DNA of 64,000 bases from Trichoplax adhaerens (Eukaryota > Animalia > Placozoa), in assembly GCF_000150275.1 (NCBI RefSeq), contig NW_002060945.1, positions 8,138,011 to 8,202,010 on the forward strand. Reading direction: 5' to 3'. The notes beneath the pieces were generated by a model. The model had not been told where the DNA came from. It saw nothing but the letters and a program-made list of their open reading frames with translations, and ran no database searches. Positions within the stretch are counted from its first letter, which is position 1; each line of letters starts with the position of its first letter. Below are positions 14,217-63,085 of this stretch, one piece after another. A program made the position numbers and the translations under genes.

Positions 14217-15679
14217 TAATTTGAGATATTGTCATAAAATTCAATGAATTTCTAAATTTCAATGTTTATTGTTGATCTGAAAAGCAATATAAGATGCGCG
14301 TTGTTATTTTTTCAAGTCGGTATCTTGTTGATTTATTTTGTTTTTAAGTATCCATTTTTTGTATATAGCCAAACAAACATCTATATTATTTTAATTAGAG
14401 TGAAACATAGGGTTTGCGGTACTTACAGCTAAAAATTCAATTTGCATGATATGTTATGGAATAGAAAATTTGGGGAATACTGTGTAATTGAAAAAAAACT
14501 TCTTTTTTTTTCAAAATATCATGATGTAGCATTATCAATTTCTTATAACCATGCTTAAATCTATATAATACAGCATGTATTGCTTTATATAACAAATAGA
14601 AGAGCATCGGTATAGCACTATGCGAAATATTTCCATCGTAGATCTTCATTTGATTCCTCATTGCCAATAATTTTTTGAATACAGTATCTTACAATAGAAT
14701 ATTAAACATATCATCATATATCGTTTTGGTTCCTGGTAACTAATCTTGATGCTGAATAATGAGTTATTGGATAAATCATAATTCATTAGGTATAGTATAG
14801 TATGTCAGAATTTTAAATGATCGTCGTGTATCGTTATTGGTATCAGATACCCACAGTATGCTCGTAGCAATCCATTATTGCAAGATATAAGAATTTGAGA
14901 CTCAGTGTTTATATATAATTTGCTATCTATTCCAATCGTGTTTTATATGACTATCCGGATAATATTTCATGCTGCAGTGTCTCAAAAGGTTAATCTACTG
15001 AGAGTATGGATATCTAAGTTGTTACTTTGTAAAGTTTTTAAGGACGCGATTTAGCTACTAGAAGAATTTTGAGAATCAGTTTATTGTTAGCAATGCCTCG
15101 TATTTCTACCTATTTTACATAACAATTCTTATAAGGTCATAAATTAGAAGAAACCTCATTAATATTCAATTTATTGTAGTTATTTATAGCATTCGACATA
15201 ATTAATATACTATTACCGTTTATAATTAATCCATGGTAATACTAAAACATGCATACTATGGTATAATACTAAATAAATCAATATTACATACTAAGATCAT
15301 GTAACCCATTCACCATGTAAAATCTTTGCTTAAAGTATTGAAATCTCCTTACTGAGCTACCACTAGTATGCTTATAAACGAGACTGTAGATTAAACAAAC
15401 AACTACATACATTAAGAGATGTCTACCTGCTGCACTTTAGGAAACGGTAGGTTACATGAATGCTGACATCAGCACAATATCGTCTTAATTTCTACTCTAT
15501 TTTCTAGAGATTCAAAGTCCAATTTCTTCTCTACCACCTTCAATGTACTATAGATCATTTATCTTATTCCTTTCTCTTATTATAGCCCTTTGCCTTAATT
15601 TATCTTTAAGTTGAACAAAATTCGGTTCAAATCAAATGACGTAACTGGATTTGCAAAATATCAGAGATTTTATCACAAG

Positions 15680-16335
15680 GTAAGTCGGTTTCATTCTTGA
15701 ATTCGGCTTGCATTAATGTTTACTCCAAGCTAAGATTCGCTTGTTGTTAAGTAATTTGTAGCGATTTCAGCTAATTGCGGTATAGAATGATGTGGCGTAA
15801 GATAGTATGAGATGCGTAATAAAGTAATTCTAGATAATGGCCGAGAGGACTAAAAACTCATTCGCTACACAAATAAGTAACTAAATGACTTAAGGTGATA
15901 GCTGCTGTAGTGATTACAGCTAATTACCTACAGCTGTTATGTGTTAGGAAATACAGTAATAGTGTGTAGTGTAGAACTGCATATCTTAATAAAGTAAGTG
16001 TCGAAGAATCCATGCACTACACCTCTCAATACTGGTCAAGAGTAGAACTTATATAATTAGATTATCTATTTCGATAATTTTATAAAGCTTAATAGGGAGG
16101 GTGTTAAATTTTAAAATAGCATTAGAATCTGTATTTGCAACTTCAGGACACTTGTGAATCAAGTTCGTGGAATGGACTTGATCCATTTTTAGATTATAAT
16201 TCAACAATGCTTATTAAAGCAAAGTCAACAGATAGGTGGTCCAACGTTAAAATTTTCTACCATGGAGACAAATTGTATGTTACAGCTAGTCTTTTGATAT
16301 CGTTTTAACGAAACGTTTTGAAATTAACTTTACAG
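15680..16335 (+). other. Probable 5'-UTR intron of ABCC copy A
   Basis: Strong donor AAG|GTAAGT at 15680 and acceptor TTTACAG at 16335, 12 nt before the ATG. Confidence 0.45.
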
Positions 16336-16347
16336 AGATCAACAGAT

Positions 16348-24821
<8,474 letters not shown>

Positions 24822-25668
24822 TACTTGATACATCATGATGAGTATTGTAGCTTTCCAAATATATGACTTATTTGGTTGATTATAACAGTAGACTTTACTT
24901 AATATCATAGCATATTGTAAACCCGACTGCTTTATTCGGGTTAGAATTTAAGATAGCTTGTAGTAAAATTTTTGTTCGAAATGAGATATTGTGAAATTGT
25001 TGTTCAAAGGTTGCAATAAAATATATATATGTAGCTAATTTTGATCCTTGATCAAGTAGAGTGAATTGAATGTCTCTTCGTGACATGCTCTAGGGTATCC
25101 AGACTTGAGAGAGAGAGACTAATAAAGAACTAATTTATAACTCATGTCAGTAGTATTCTTGAGAGATAAGCCTAATTTATTTTGTAGGGAGAAAATGGTA
25201 GCAGTTTATGAGTTGCTTTCTTAGTTAGTTCTATACAGATTGGAGAGCAAACTGGATTTTGTGGAAGCTTTGTCGGGAGTGGGAACGAAACGACATGATA
25301 TTTTGATGGTGTCAAATATAGTAGAGTACAGTCATACTCTATCTATAATACCGTACTAAGCTTTATGGTAGTAGGATAGAGTATCAAGGAAAAAGGTTAG
25401 TTAATGGCAGACAGTCTAGTCTATTTTATTGTTCAACAATTTATCTGAAAGAAAAATTAACACTCGTGTACTAGGTGATCCCCTCTCAAAATACTTTTGA
25501 AAGCTTTGAATGGATGTACTTAATAATTTAGTCGATCCTAAGCTCGTTGTCATGTAGTTTGCGTTCTATACTGTACCAATGGTACACTTAATAAAGTTAT
25601 CTTCAACCCTCTCCCGTCTGGAAGGATGGACTTTGCTAGAGTACTGGGTGGCCAGCTATAGTACATAA

Positions 25669-25768
25669 AGTTCTTAGAAATACTGTACAGTACAGTACAG
25701 TACAGTACAAGAACTTTTACCGTACTGTACTGTACAGTACACAGTACAGTACCCTGTACAGTACTGTA
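25669..25768. repeat. (CAGTA)n/(TACTG)n palindromic microsatellite
   Basis: TACTGTACAGTACAGTACAG...GTACTGTACTGTACAGTAC occurs in both orientations. AAAGTTCTT/AAGAACTTT inverted arms flank the first run. Confidence 0.85.
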
Positions 25769-26050
25769 TGGAAGGTGGCGAAGAGACGATATAGAAAATG
25801 ATCGAATTGCGCATGAGTGTCGAACTAAGCTTTAATTGCAAAGTTATAAGCTTTGAAAGTCACGATAAGATTTTCTTTTAATGCATGGCCGATCTATTCT
25901 ATGTTCTTTCATGTCAACCGAAAACTTGATAAAATACTTGTCAAAATAGGACTGCAGACTGAAGCTTGATAACGTAGCGGCAGTGTCTTTTAATGAAATA
26001 AAGAAATGCGAACGAAAATGCAACGAATCCAGACGTGATCAGTGTGCAAA

Positions 26051-27103
26051 TGATGAAGCATGGTCAAGTAGTCCTTGTTCAATGCACGATTTTGTGCCTC
26101 CTGCTTATGAAATAACTTGGATATTACGTATACATATGCACTGCATGCCTTTCAGAGCTTGGTTAATACAGTGTCATAATAAATGTGTGGAAAATGATTG
26201 TCTAATTTTGTATGATTAGTATGTGAAATATCAAATAACTTCCCAGCACCCTGTACACGCTATCTGTCACCCCACCTATTCTATCTCGTCAACCCGTAGC
26301 AACTAATAATATCTCTTCTTGGGTCGGGTCTGTCGTCAAGACATGACAGACTATTTTGCACACAAAGTCAGACCATACTGCATCAAAACTATACTGTACT
26401 GTACTGTTACTGTAGGATGAAAATTTGAAAGTCATTGACAATATTGCGTCATACCCGTCGATCTGTATCAGCAATTGTCAGACGTACGGTACGGACAGCA
26501 TGGTGGTGCAGTCCCGTCGTGGATGAAGCCGAGACCGATCAAATAGCTGATGCTGCACATTTGGGGAGTTTATTGATGAAGCATGGTCAGGTAGTCCTTG
26601 TTCAATGTACGGTTTTGTGCCTCCTGCTTATGAAATAACTTGGATATTACGTATACATATGCATTACATGCCTTTCAGAGCTTTGTTAATACAGTGTCAT
26701 AATAAATGTATGGAAAATGGACGTCTAATTTTGTATAATTAGTATGTGAAATATCAAATAACTTTCCAGCACCCTGCACACGGTATCTGTCACCCCACCT
26801 ATTCTATCTCGTCAAGCCGTAGCAGCTAATAGTATCTCTTCTTGGGTCGGGTCTCTCGTCAAGACGTGACAGACTATTTTGCACACAAAGTCAGACCATG
26901 CTGCATCAATACTGTACTGTACTGTACTGTACTGTACAGTGTACAGTACAGTAGGATGAAAATTTGAAAGTCTTTGACAATATTGCGTCATACCCGTAGA
27001 TCTGTATCAGCAATTGTCAGACGTACAGTACGGACAGCATGGTGGTGCAGTACCGTCGTGGATGCAGGGGAGCCAGATCAAATAGCTGATGCTGCACATT
27101 TTG
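26051..27103. repeat. Two-copy tandem duplication of ~525 bp with internal (TACTG)n microsatellite
   Basis: TGATGAAGCATGGTCA starts at 26051 and 26574, and both units end ...GATGCTGCACATTT. The copies are highly similar and differ in the length of the (TACTG)n core. Confidence 0.93.
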
Positions 27104-27818
27104 GATTTTATTTATAGGCCAACAATAAATTAGTTTACCGTTTTTAATCGCCTTTCAATTGAGTGCTTCATTAATTGATTAGCTCCAAAGCTGGCGTGGA
27201 ATACGTATTAACTTCCAATATCTTCCATTGGTTCAAATAGCTTGTATTCATGTAAGTACTAACATGAGGAAAAGTGACTTGTCTCCATTTTTGCCATGAT
27301 CACTGCGGATTGACTGTTCACATCAATCAATCAATAGCATCATTTCTTCATACTTGGAGTAGAATGGCCTCATGGACGGCCTCAACTTCATTACTATAGA
27401 ATGCAAAGATTTTCAATTGGCATAACTGACTGTTCGATTCTTTTTTGGAGTAGTCTCTGTTATAATTATTTACTTGTAGTTGGTAGAAGTTAAAGTAAGT
27501 CATTGATTCCCATCTTGAACAGCAGCATTGTTCAATACTTTCACATTCAAGATCTCCAATTCGCTGCAATCCTTAACATTAAACCTTCTTTTCCCTTAGT
27601 GAAGGAATGATTTCGACATACTGTAATTATGTTGAGTCCATAGACGTATAGACGTTCATTATCGTAATGTCTGGCTTATGTACGTGTATATTGTAATTAT
27701 TCCCTTAAAATGATAGAAGCAAGTCGAAAATGATTATGACTAATACTAATACAGTGTATAATAATTATACAATTAATAAGACTATTGATTCATCACCATG
27801 CAGCTACCATAATCCAAT

Positions 27819-36552
<8,734 letters not shown>

Positions 36553-36965
36553 CTTATGATTACGTATTATGTATTATCGTATATTATTACTGTATCTTAT
36601 TACTTGCTTGTTGATTAGAAGGGATAACGATATCTTGGAAGCCAAATTACGGAAATTTCTGTACAAAATCGATTGTTAGTTACAAAATTACCCATTTATT
36701 GATGCCTTGTAACTACAAAATGATCAGTAATATACTTTATCGACTGAATTATTGATATTCATTGGCACGTGTTTTTAATTATTTCGGTTATTGGAAGTTG
36801 TCGTGCATATTGTTAGTCCTAGTTTATACAGAAGGTCCAGATAATAATGACGTATCGTATTTTTTAATTCAACCCAACTACCGCAACATTGGTATTATGT
36901 ATCAAGAGCGACAATTGTATGAAGATTAAAGAACCTTTATTAATTGCTTCAAATTAATATGTGTG

Positions 36966-37604
36966 TGTGACGGAGTACAGACTCCGTAAATTAATTGTAG
37001 CGTTAGTTTTAGTAATTAGTAATTAAGATTTTATTAATTGTTAATAACCTTTATTTATTAGGTATTCGATAATTGTAACGTTCTTGGTAGTCTAGTTATA
37101 CTTGTTGTAGACTCTGTGCAGAATAGTGTATTTACAGGTGAGGTGACAACTAGTATTCACACATAGTAATTTCTGTTACTTTGTGCCGAGCCTTTGATTG
37201 TTAATTGGCTCTTAATTAGTTAGTAGCTCATTAGTGTTGTTTACGCCGTCTGCCATACTGAACCATATAGACAGTCGGCTATACGAAAGCTATATATTTT
37301 TAGGGTTATTTATCTAAGCTGTGCACCGAGTGCAACCGAGCTAGGGTATATAAAGCCCGGTGCTCTCATTAGCTATTGAGTTGACGATTGACCGTGTAGT
37401 GTACGCTTGTAGATGCGTATGTGCCCATACGCACTTGTAGATAGAGTAGTCTTGGATGTCAAGACTACCTTTATTTAATAAACTATTTTAAAAGCCTAAG
37501 TCTAGTCTACACTTAGCTCGTTGGGGGCATATTTGGCTGTTGTAGCCTTAGTATTCGTACAGATTCAAAGACCCAGGTTTCCTTGTTGTGGGCTGAACCC
37601 GACA
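36966..37604 (+). mobile_element. Solo LTR of an LTR retrotransposon (639 bp)
   Basis: TGT...ACA termini with a perfect 5-bp TSD GTGTG (36961-36965 and 37605-37609). Internal TATATAAA (37347-37354) is followed by AATAAA (37477-37482). No internal coding region. Confidence 0.85.
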
Positions 37605-37880
37605 GTGTGTAACTTCCTATCTGCAGTTACCTTGATATTTAAAAGTTATGTTGTTCTTTAACTTCTATACAACTAGAAGCAATATGGTGAAGTTTGTAGC
37701 CTTTAAAAGAAAAGCTTATGATAAATGGCTATAAAACATGTATTTATCGGTTCGAAATACACATCAATTGTCTACACAAAAAACTAATTAATTTTAAATA
37801 TATAAACTTCGCTTTAAGTAAATTCAGTACATTACGCTCTATACAGATCGTAAATACAATAGACATAGCTTAACAGTTTA

Positions 37881-48351
<10,471 letters not shown>

Positions 48352-48554
48352 TTTCTAGCAGGTGTCTACAATCTTAAGCTTGACAGTGAAGAAAAAGATA
48401 TTCTATGAACCCATTAAAACGGCATCCATTGGACTGAAAATTTCTCTCTGCAGTAGCTGCTACCATGGGCCAGAAATGGATGAAAGAAGACATTCAGGTC
48501 AGCCTAATGCTAACAAAGGTTATACTGAGATACTAATCGTGTTGCATTGATTGA

Positions 48555-48604
48555 AGCCAATCGCGCAGATGCCAATCGTACAGGTATCAGGTATGATACC
48601 GCCC
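48555..48604. promoter_or_regulatory. Candidate bidirectional promoter of ABCC copies C and D (2 CCAAT boxes + GC box)
   Basis: GCCAATCG occurs twice (CCAAT at 48557 and 48572) and CCGCCC at 48599-48604. They sit in a locally CpG-rich patch ~200 bp upstream of the copy C ATG. Confidence 0.45.
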
Positions 48605-48743
48605 GACTACGAACTATAGCGCGGACATACGGACACTGGACAAGGCTACTGCATACAGGTAGGAATGGAATTCAGCAAAGTTTGCACGCATCTTCCAGCA
48701 GGTAGTAGTCAAAGTTTCCGTTTGTCCAGTGTCCAGTGCAGCG

Positions 48744-51145
48744 CAAACAGTACCATAGTACCTGAGATCAGAGTGGAACTTTACTTCGCTGATTGCACCC
48801 AGCGTGGACAATAATTATAAATTAATTAATTATTTTCTTAGAAGCAAGTGGAGACACCGATGAGCTGATGATTGCAGACTTGTTGCGGATTACTGAAGTA
48901 GATAGCAATTCAGAATGACAGATCGGCAGGATGTCCCTTAATTTACAAATTGCAAAAATACTCCAAGCAAACAGTACTATAGTACCAGAGATCAGAGTAG
49001 AACTAGCTTTACGTCATGGATTGCACCCAGGATAGACAATAATGATAAGCAAGTGGAGACAATGCTGCGCTGATGATTGCAGACATATTGCAGATTACTG
49101 GAGTAGATAAATTTAGAATGACAGATTGGCAGGATGTCCCTTAATTTACAAATTGCAAAAATACTCCAAGCAAACAGTACCATAGTACCAGAGATTAGAG
49201 TAGAACTAGTTTTACGTCATTGATTGCACGCAGGATAGACAATAATGATAAGCAAGTGGAGACACTGCTGCGCTGATGATTGCAGACATGTTGCAGATTA
49301 CTAGAGTAGATAAATTCAGAATGACAGATAGGTAGGATGTCCTTAATTTACAAATTGCAAAAGTACTCCAAGCAAACAGTACCATAGTACCAGAGAATAG
49401 AGTAGAACTAGTTTTACGCCATTGATTGCACCTAGCATAGACAATAATTATAAGTAACTGGAGACCTGCTGCGCTGGTGATTGCAGACATGTTGCAGATT
49501 ACTGGAGTAGAAAAATTCAGAATGACAGATAGGCAGGATGTCCTTAATTTACAAATTGCAAAAGTACTCCAAGTCCAAGCAAACAGTACCATGGTACCAG
49601 AGATCAGAGTGGAACTAGTTTTACGTCATTGATTGCACCCAGCTTAGACAATAATTATAAGCAACTGGAGACACTGCTGCGCTGATGATTGTACGCATGT
49701 TGCAAATTACTTATCGACAATAATTATAAGCAGCTGGAGACACTGCTGCGCTGATGATCATGATTGCAGACATATTGCAGATTACTAGAGCAGATAAATT
49801 CAGAATGACAGACGAGCAGGATGTCCGTAAATTTACAAATTGCAAAATACAGTACTCCAAGCAAACAGTAGTTACAGTACAGTACTGTAGTAGTAGATCA
49901 GAGTAGAACTTTGTGTCATTGATTGCACCCAGCATAGACAATAATTGTTATCAACTGGAGACACCGCTGCGCTGATGATTGCAGACATGTTGCAGATTAC
50001 TGGAGTAGATAAATTCAGAATGACAGATAAGCAGGATGTCCATTAACCTTAATTTACAAATTGCAACATACCCCAAGCGGTCCAAGCAAACAGTAGCTAC
50101 AGTACCATAGTACCACATCAGAGTAGAACTTCGCGTCATTGATTGCACCCAGCATCGACAATAATTATAAGCAGTTGGAAACACCGCTGCGCTGATGATT
50201 GCAGACATGTTGCAGATTACTAGAGTGCATAACGATTCAGAGAGGCAGATTGGCAGAATGTCCCTTTTTTTAATTTATAAATTGCAAAATACTCCAAGCA
50301 AACAGTAGCCACAGTACCATAATACCAGATCAGAATGGAACTTTACGCCATTGATTACACCCTGCATAGACAATAATTATAAGCAACTGGAGACACTGCT
50401 GTGCTGATGATTGCAGACATGTTGTAGATTACTGGAGTAGATAATTTCAGAACGACAAATTGGCAGGATGTCCCTTAATTTAAATTTATAAATTACGAAA
50501 CACTCCAAGCAAACAGTAGTTACAGTACCATAGTACCAGATCAGAGTAGAACTTTACGTCATTGATTGCACCCAGCATAAACAATAATTATAAGCAACTG
50601 GAGACACCGCTGCGCTGATGATTGCAAACATGTTGCAGATTACTGGAGTAGATAAATTCAGAATGACATTTTGGCAGGATGTCCCTTAATTTACAAATTA
50701 CAAAATACTTCAAACAAACAGTAGTTACAATACCATAGTACCAGATCAGAGTGGAACTTTACGTCATTGATTGCACCCAGCATCGACAATAATTATAAGC
50801 AACTAGAGACACTGATGCGCTGATGATTGCAGACATGTTGTGGATTACTGGTGTAGATAAATTCAGAATGACAGATTCACAGGATGCCCCTTAATTTACA
50901 AATTGCAAAATACGCCAAGTAAACAGTACAACAGTATCATAGTACAGTATCAGAGATCAGAGTGGAACTTTACGTCACTGATTGCACCCAGCATAGACTA
51001 TACTGTAATTAAAAGCAACTGGAGATACCGCTGTGCTAATGATTGCAGACATGTTGCAGATTACTGGAAAGCATAACAATTCAGAGTGACAGATAGGCAG
51101 GATGTCCCTTAATGTATAAATTACAAAATACTCCAAGCAAAACAG
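48744..51145. repeat. Tandem satellite array, ~205-bp unit, 11 full copies plus a partial copy
   Basis: The anchor GATTGCAC(C) or a close variant recurs at ~48791, 49019, 49222, 49424, 49631, 49921, 50141, 50353, 50564, 50769 and 50980. There is a partial internal unit near 49630-49710. Confidence 0.95.
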
Positions 51146-51237
51146 CTTTTCCATTTGTTGAGGAAAAAACTGTTTTCGTACTCGTCTCAAGAGTGGTTCC
51201 AATTGATAAGGAATCAAATCAATCGTCATTAGCTGTG

Positions 51238-59942
<8,705 letters not shown>

Positions 59943-62900
59943 TATCTTATTGTTAATAATATTATGTTGGCGATTTCAATTATGGCGTAACTGTAATACC
60001 AGTCACGTCACAGCTTCATAGTGATGAATATGGTACAATGTACTCGTATTCAAATTAAAGCGATAGCTTATGGAGCCTATTATGGTCTATGAAATATTCA
60101 TAATTTTTACCATTTTGTTTCTGCATCTATCATATGTAGACACATTACGTAGTCTTAGTGGCTTATAGTAATATTCTCAAGTACTGATTGATGATTTTAC
60201 AAGATTACAACATCATATTATAATTATTAAATGCAATACTATCGGAGATATTTAACTCATTATAATTGCTCAAGTCAGTATACGTATCAGAGGCAAGTGT
60301 ACAGTACTGCCTCGTAATCATTGTATTCTAATGAAGAACAATTTTTAAAAATCTGTTTAATTTTATCAATACTATATACTGTTCTGTTTTTACGTATTGA
60401 GTTATACTCTGCGAGTAAAATTTGTAACTGGCTTTATTATTACAAATGCCGGGTATTTATAGATATTCTAGCTCACACCTTTTTGCCTGTTTGCGTCGTG
60501 GTATTAAACACTGATACCTAATTACTAACTGTTAGAGCTATCGTTTACTTTACAGCATATGGTTATCTATAGTAAATGATCAGTCTGCCTTTTACAATAT
60601 AATCACGAACGGTCTTACAAGGTGTAGTAGTTTCAGCTAATTACAGTAGTAATTGAAGTACGGTAGCATTACGAAGTAGAATAGTCTACTATGCTGATCC
60701 TGTGTAGCGTTAGAGATTTGCTTAATTTTAATAACTCAGATTTTGAGTTGGACGATTGTGAACCTAAGAGGTTTCAAAACCCAAGCACTACACAAGGCTA
60801 CAATACAGTCATCGTATTACAAATACTTATATAGATGATATTCTAATCATTTAGTTAACGCTCTATCTAATAGCTAATGTAACATATATCGTTTATCTAT
60901 AACAAACCTTAGCAAATAATATTAAAAGTTTAATCCATATCTTTTTCATATGTATTGTGCTATAATTACGTTACTCCAAAATTTTTACAGTACAAATGCG
61001 ATAAAAATAATATAACGTAAAGTTTTTAGAATACCATATAGTGAAAGAATTGAAAGAATGCAAATATTAGAATTCTTTAAAACTTTTAGTGAATGTAGAT
61101 TGCAGTAAACGATATTTATCGCATAGAAATTAAATTAGTACTTGAGCTACTGTAGGAACACTATCATCGCTGATCAGAAATGACGACGTACTGCTATAAC
61201 TAATATAGGCGTTACATTTATTCAACAGTAGTTTAACGGCATTGTCTACATCGCTTTTAAGTGCTTAATTTACTCGCAAAAGTTTAAAATAGCCTAAAGA
61301 ATCTATGAGGATAACGTAAAGGCATACAAACACAACAGTAATTGAGAATAGGCAACTTAATAATTCGGCACGTGGGAAGGTTATCTGTCTTGATGCCTTC
61401 GAAAGATCTTTGAAGATTAGTCTTCAAAATAATCAAGCAATTATAGATAGAAATTTAGAAAATAGGGCGATACAGAGTATATTCAATCTTTAGTAGTTTT
61501 ACATCTTGCAGATTTTCAACTGATAGAAACTACAAAGCTGTGTACAGGAATTTAATTTAATAACGTTAATTAACAATTCTTGAAATTACCAGTAATATAA
61601 GTCAATATTAAATTCTATATCATTTTCACTGAATTATGAAGCTTGATTATCTATGTAATTGTGAACGATATAAAACATTTTTTAGTGGATTCCAAATATT
61701 GAAATGCTACCATTCAAGTAATTGCTGTCAATTAATAAAAGTAATGCAATCATTAATCAAAAAGCTTCGTGATAGTATCAAGAAGGAACAGATAGATATC
61801 TAAGGACTCACAGCTTAGGTACGAGAAATGTTATTCCAATGTATATAGATAAGAAATAAGGGGAAAAGTGCAACTTGATTTTTTATCATATTCGACGAAA
61901 TGAATATATATTCTAAACATGGAAGCAATATACGTGTAGGTATACTAAAGAAATCTTTAGCTTTTGGGGTAGGACTATGGTAATTACCGTAGCTATTAGT
62001 ATTATATCATTCTTGCAATTATCACTACAGTTGTACCGTCATTAAAAACAGCTAAATAATATTGAGAGCAATATACTATCTTGATATAACAACAAGAATG
62101 ATTGTCACAGAAAACTCTTTAAGATATTTTTGTAATAATTAAATAAGGAACATAAGGTTCATAAAGGAAGTATAAATCAATTATAAATCAACAATGAGTA
62201 ACAAAAAATTTTAGCTGGTACAATTTGTATAGCAGTCATGGAGATACAATACTGACGATAGAATAAGATGTTTAGGAATGATTGCTTATGCCATGTTTAA
62301 TAAATTTTTGATAGAGCAAAATATCAAATTGCGATTGGAATCATTATATATCATGTCAACGAAGGGATTAGATTCCACGATCAATCCGAACACAATATGC
62401 AACGCTGCAACTATCGATCTGTAGCTGAGATTGCAATATAATACTTTGTAGTTTATTGATATTTTATCCAATTTCTTGAACGTAACATCAGGAGTAGAAA
62501 TGATACTGGAACTTGAAATCAATTCAGTATTACTACTCTTTCATTCTGACGATATCAAATTTGATATCAATTCTATAAGCTAGAAATGCAATGAAACTAC
62601 TGTATATTATAGATGATGCCATGTAAGCATTAAAATATTTTTCTTTACCATTTTAAAACACGCTACGATAAATAAATGGTAAAAATATGGACTGCTAAAT
62701 TGATGAAATAGATGAAATAGCAAATAAACTACAAAAATGATCGAGAACGAATACAAGATACTAGTTAGCATAGTACAGTTGATAAAGATAGTAGCAGAAG
62801 AGTGAATGTATTATTTCTCATGGGTTAATAACAGTCATTAAAGTTCACTATTAATTTATGCTTGGACAAAAATACAAAAGAAACACAAATACTTATAAGA

Positions 62901-63085
62901 TGTAGAACAGTAAATTTAAAATATTGATGATACAATTATTAATATCTGGGGATTTCTTGATTTATGACTAACACTAAATTACTAAAAGCTTGAATCCTGT
63001 GGTTTGCTAAAAGAGACTTGAACTTTCAAGAAAATGACAAACTGAATGGATCCTAGTGACCAAAGCAGCACTCAATCGCATTGAT

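Noticed and set aside
27110-27620. Coding-like minus-strand stretch (ORF 27348-27569), possible TE protein relic
   Set aside because: There are stops in all frames and no identifiable domain by eye. A TBLASTX search would be needed.
48744-51145. CRISPR-like array or repeat-encoded proteins (minus-strand ORFs 48614-51268)
   Set aside because: Whole units repeat with no unique spacers and there are no cas genes. Units have frame-breaking indels, so the ORFs are incidental.
62286-62522. 78-aa minus-strand ORF
   Set aside because: No recognisable motif, non-ATG start, and no supporting splice structure.
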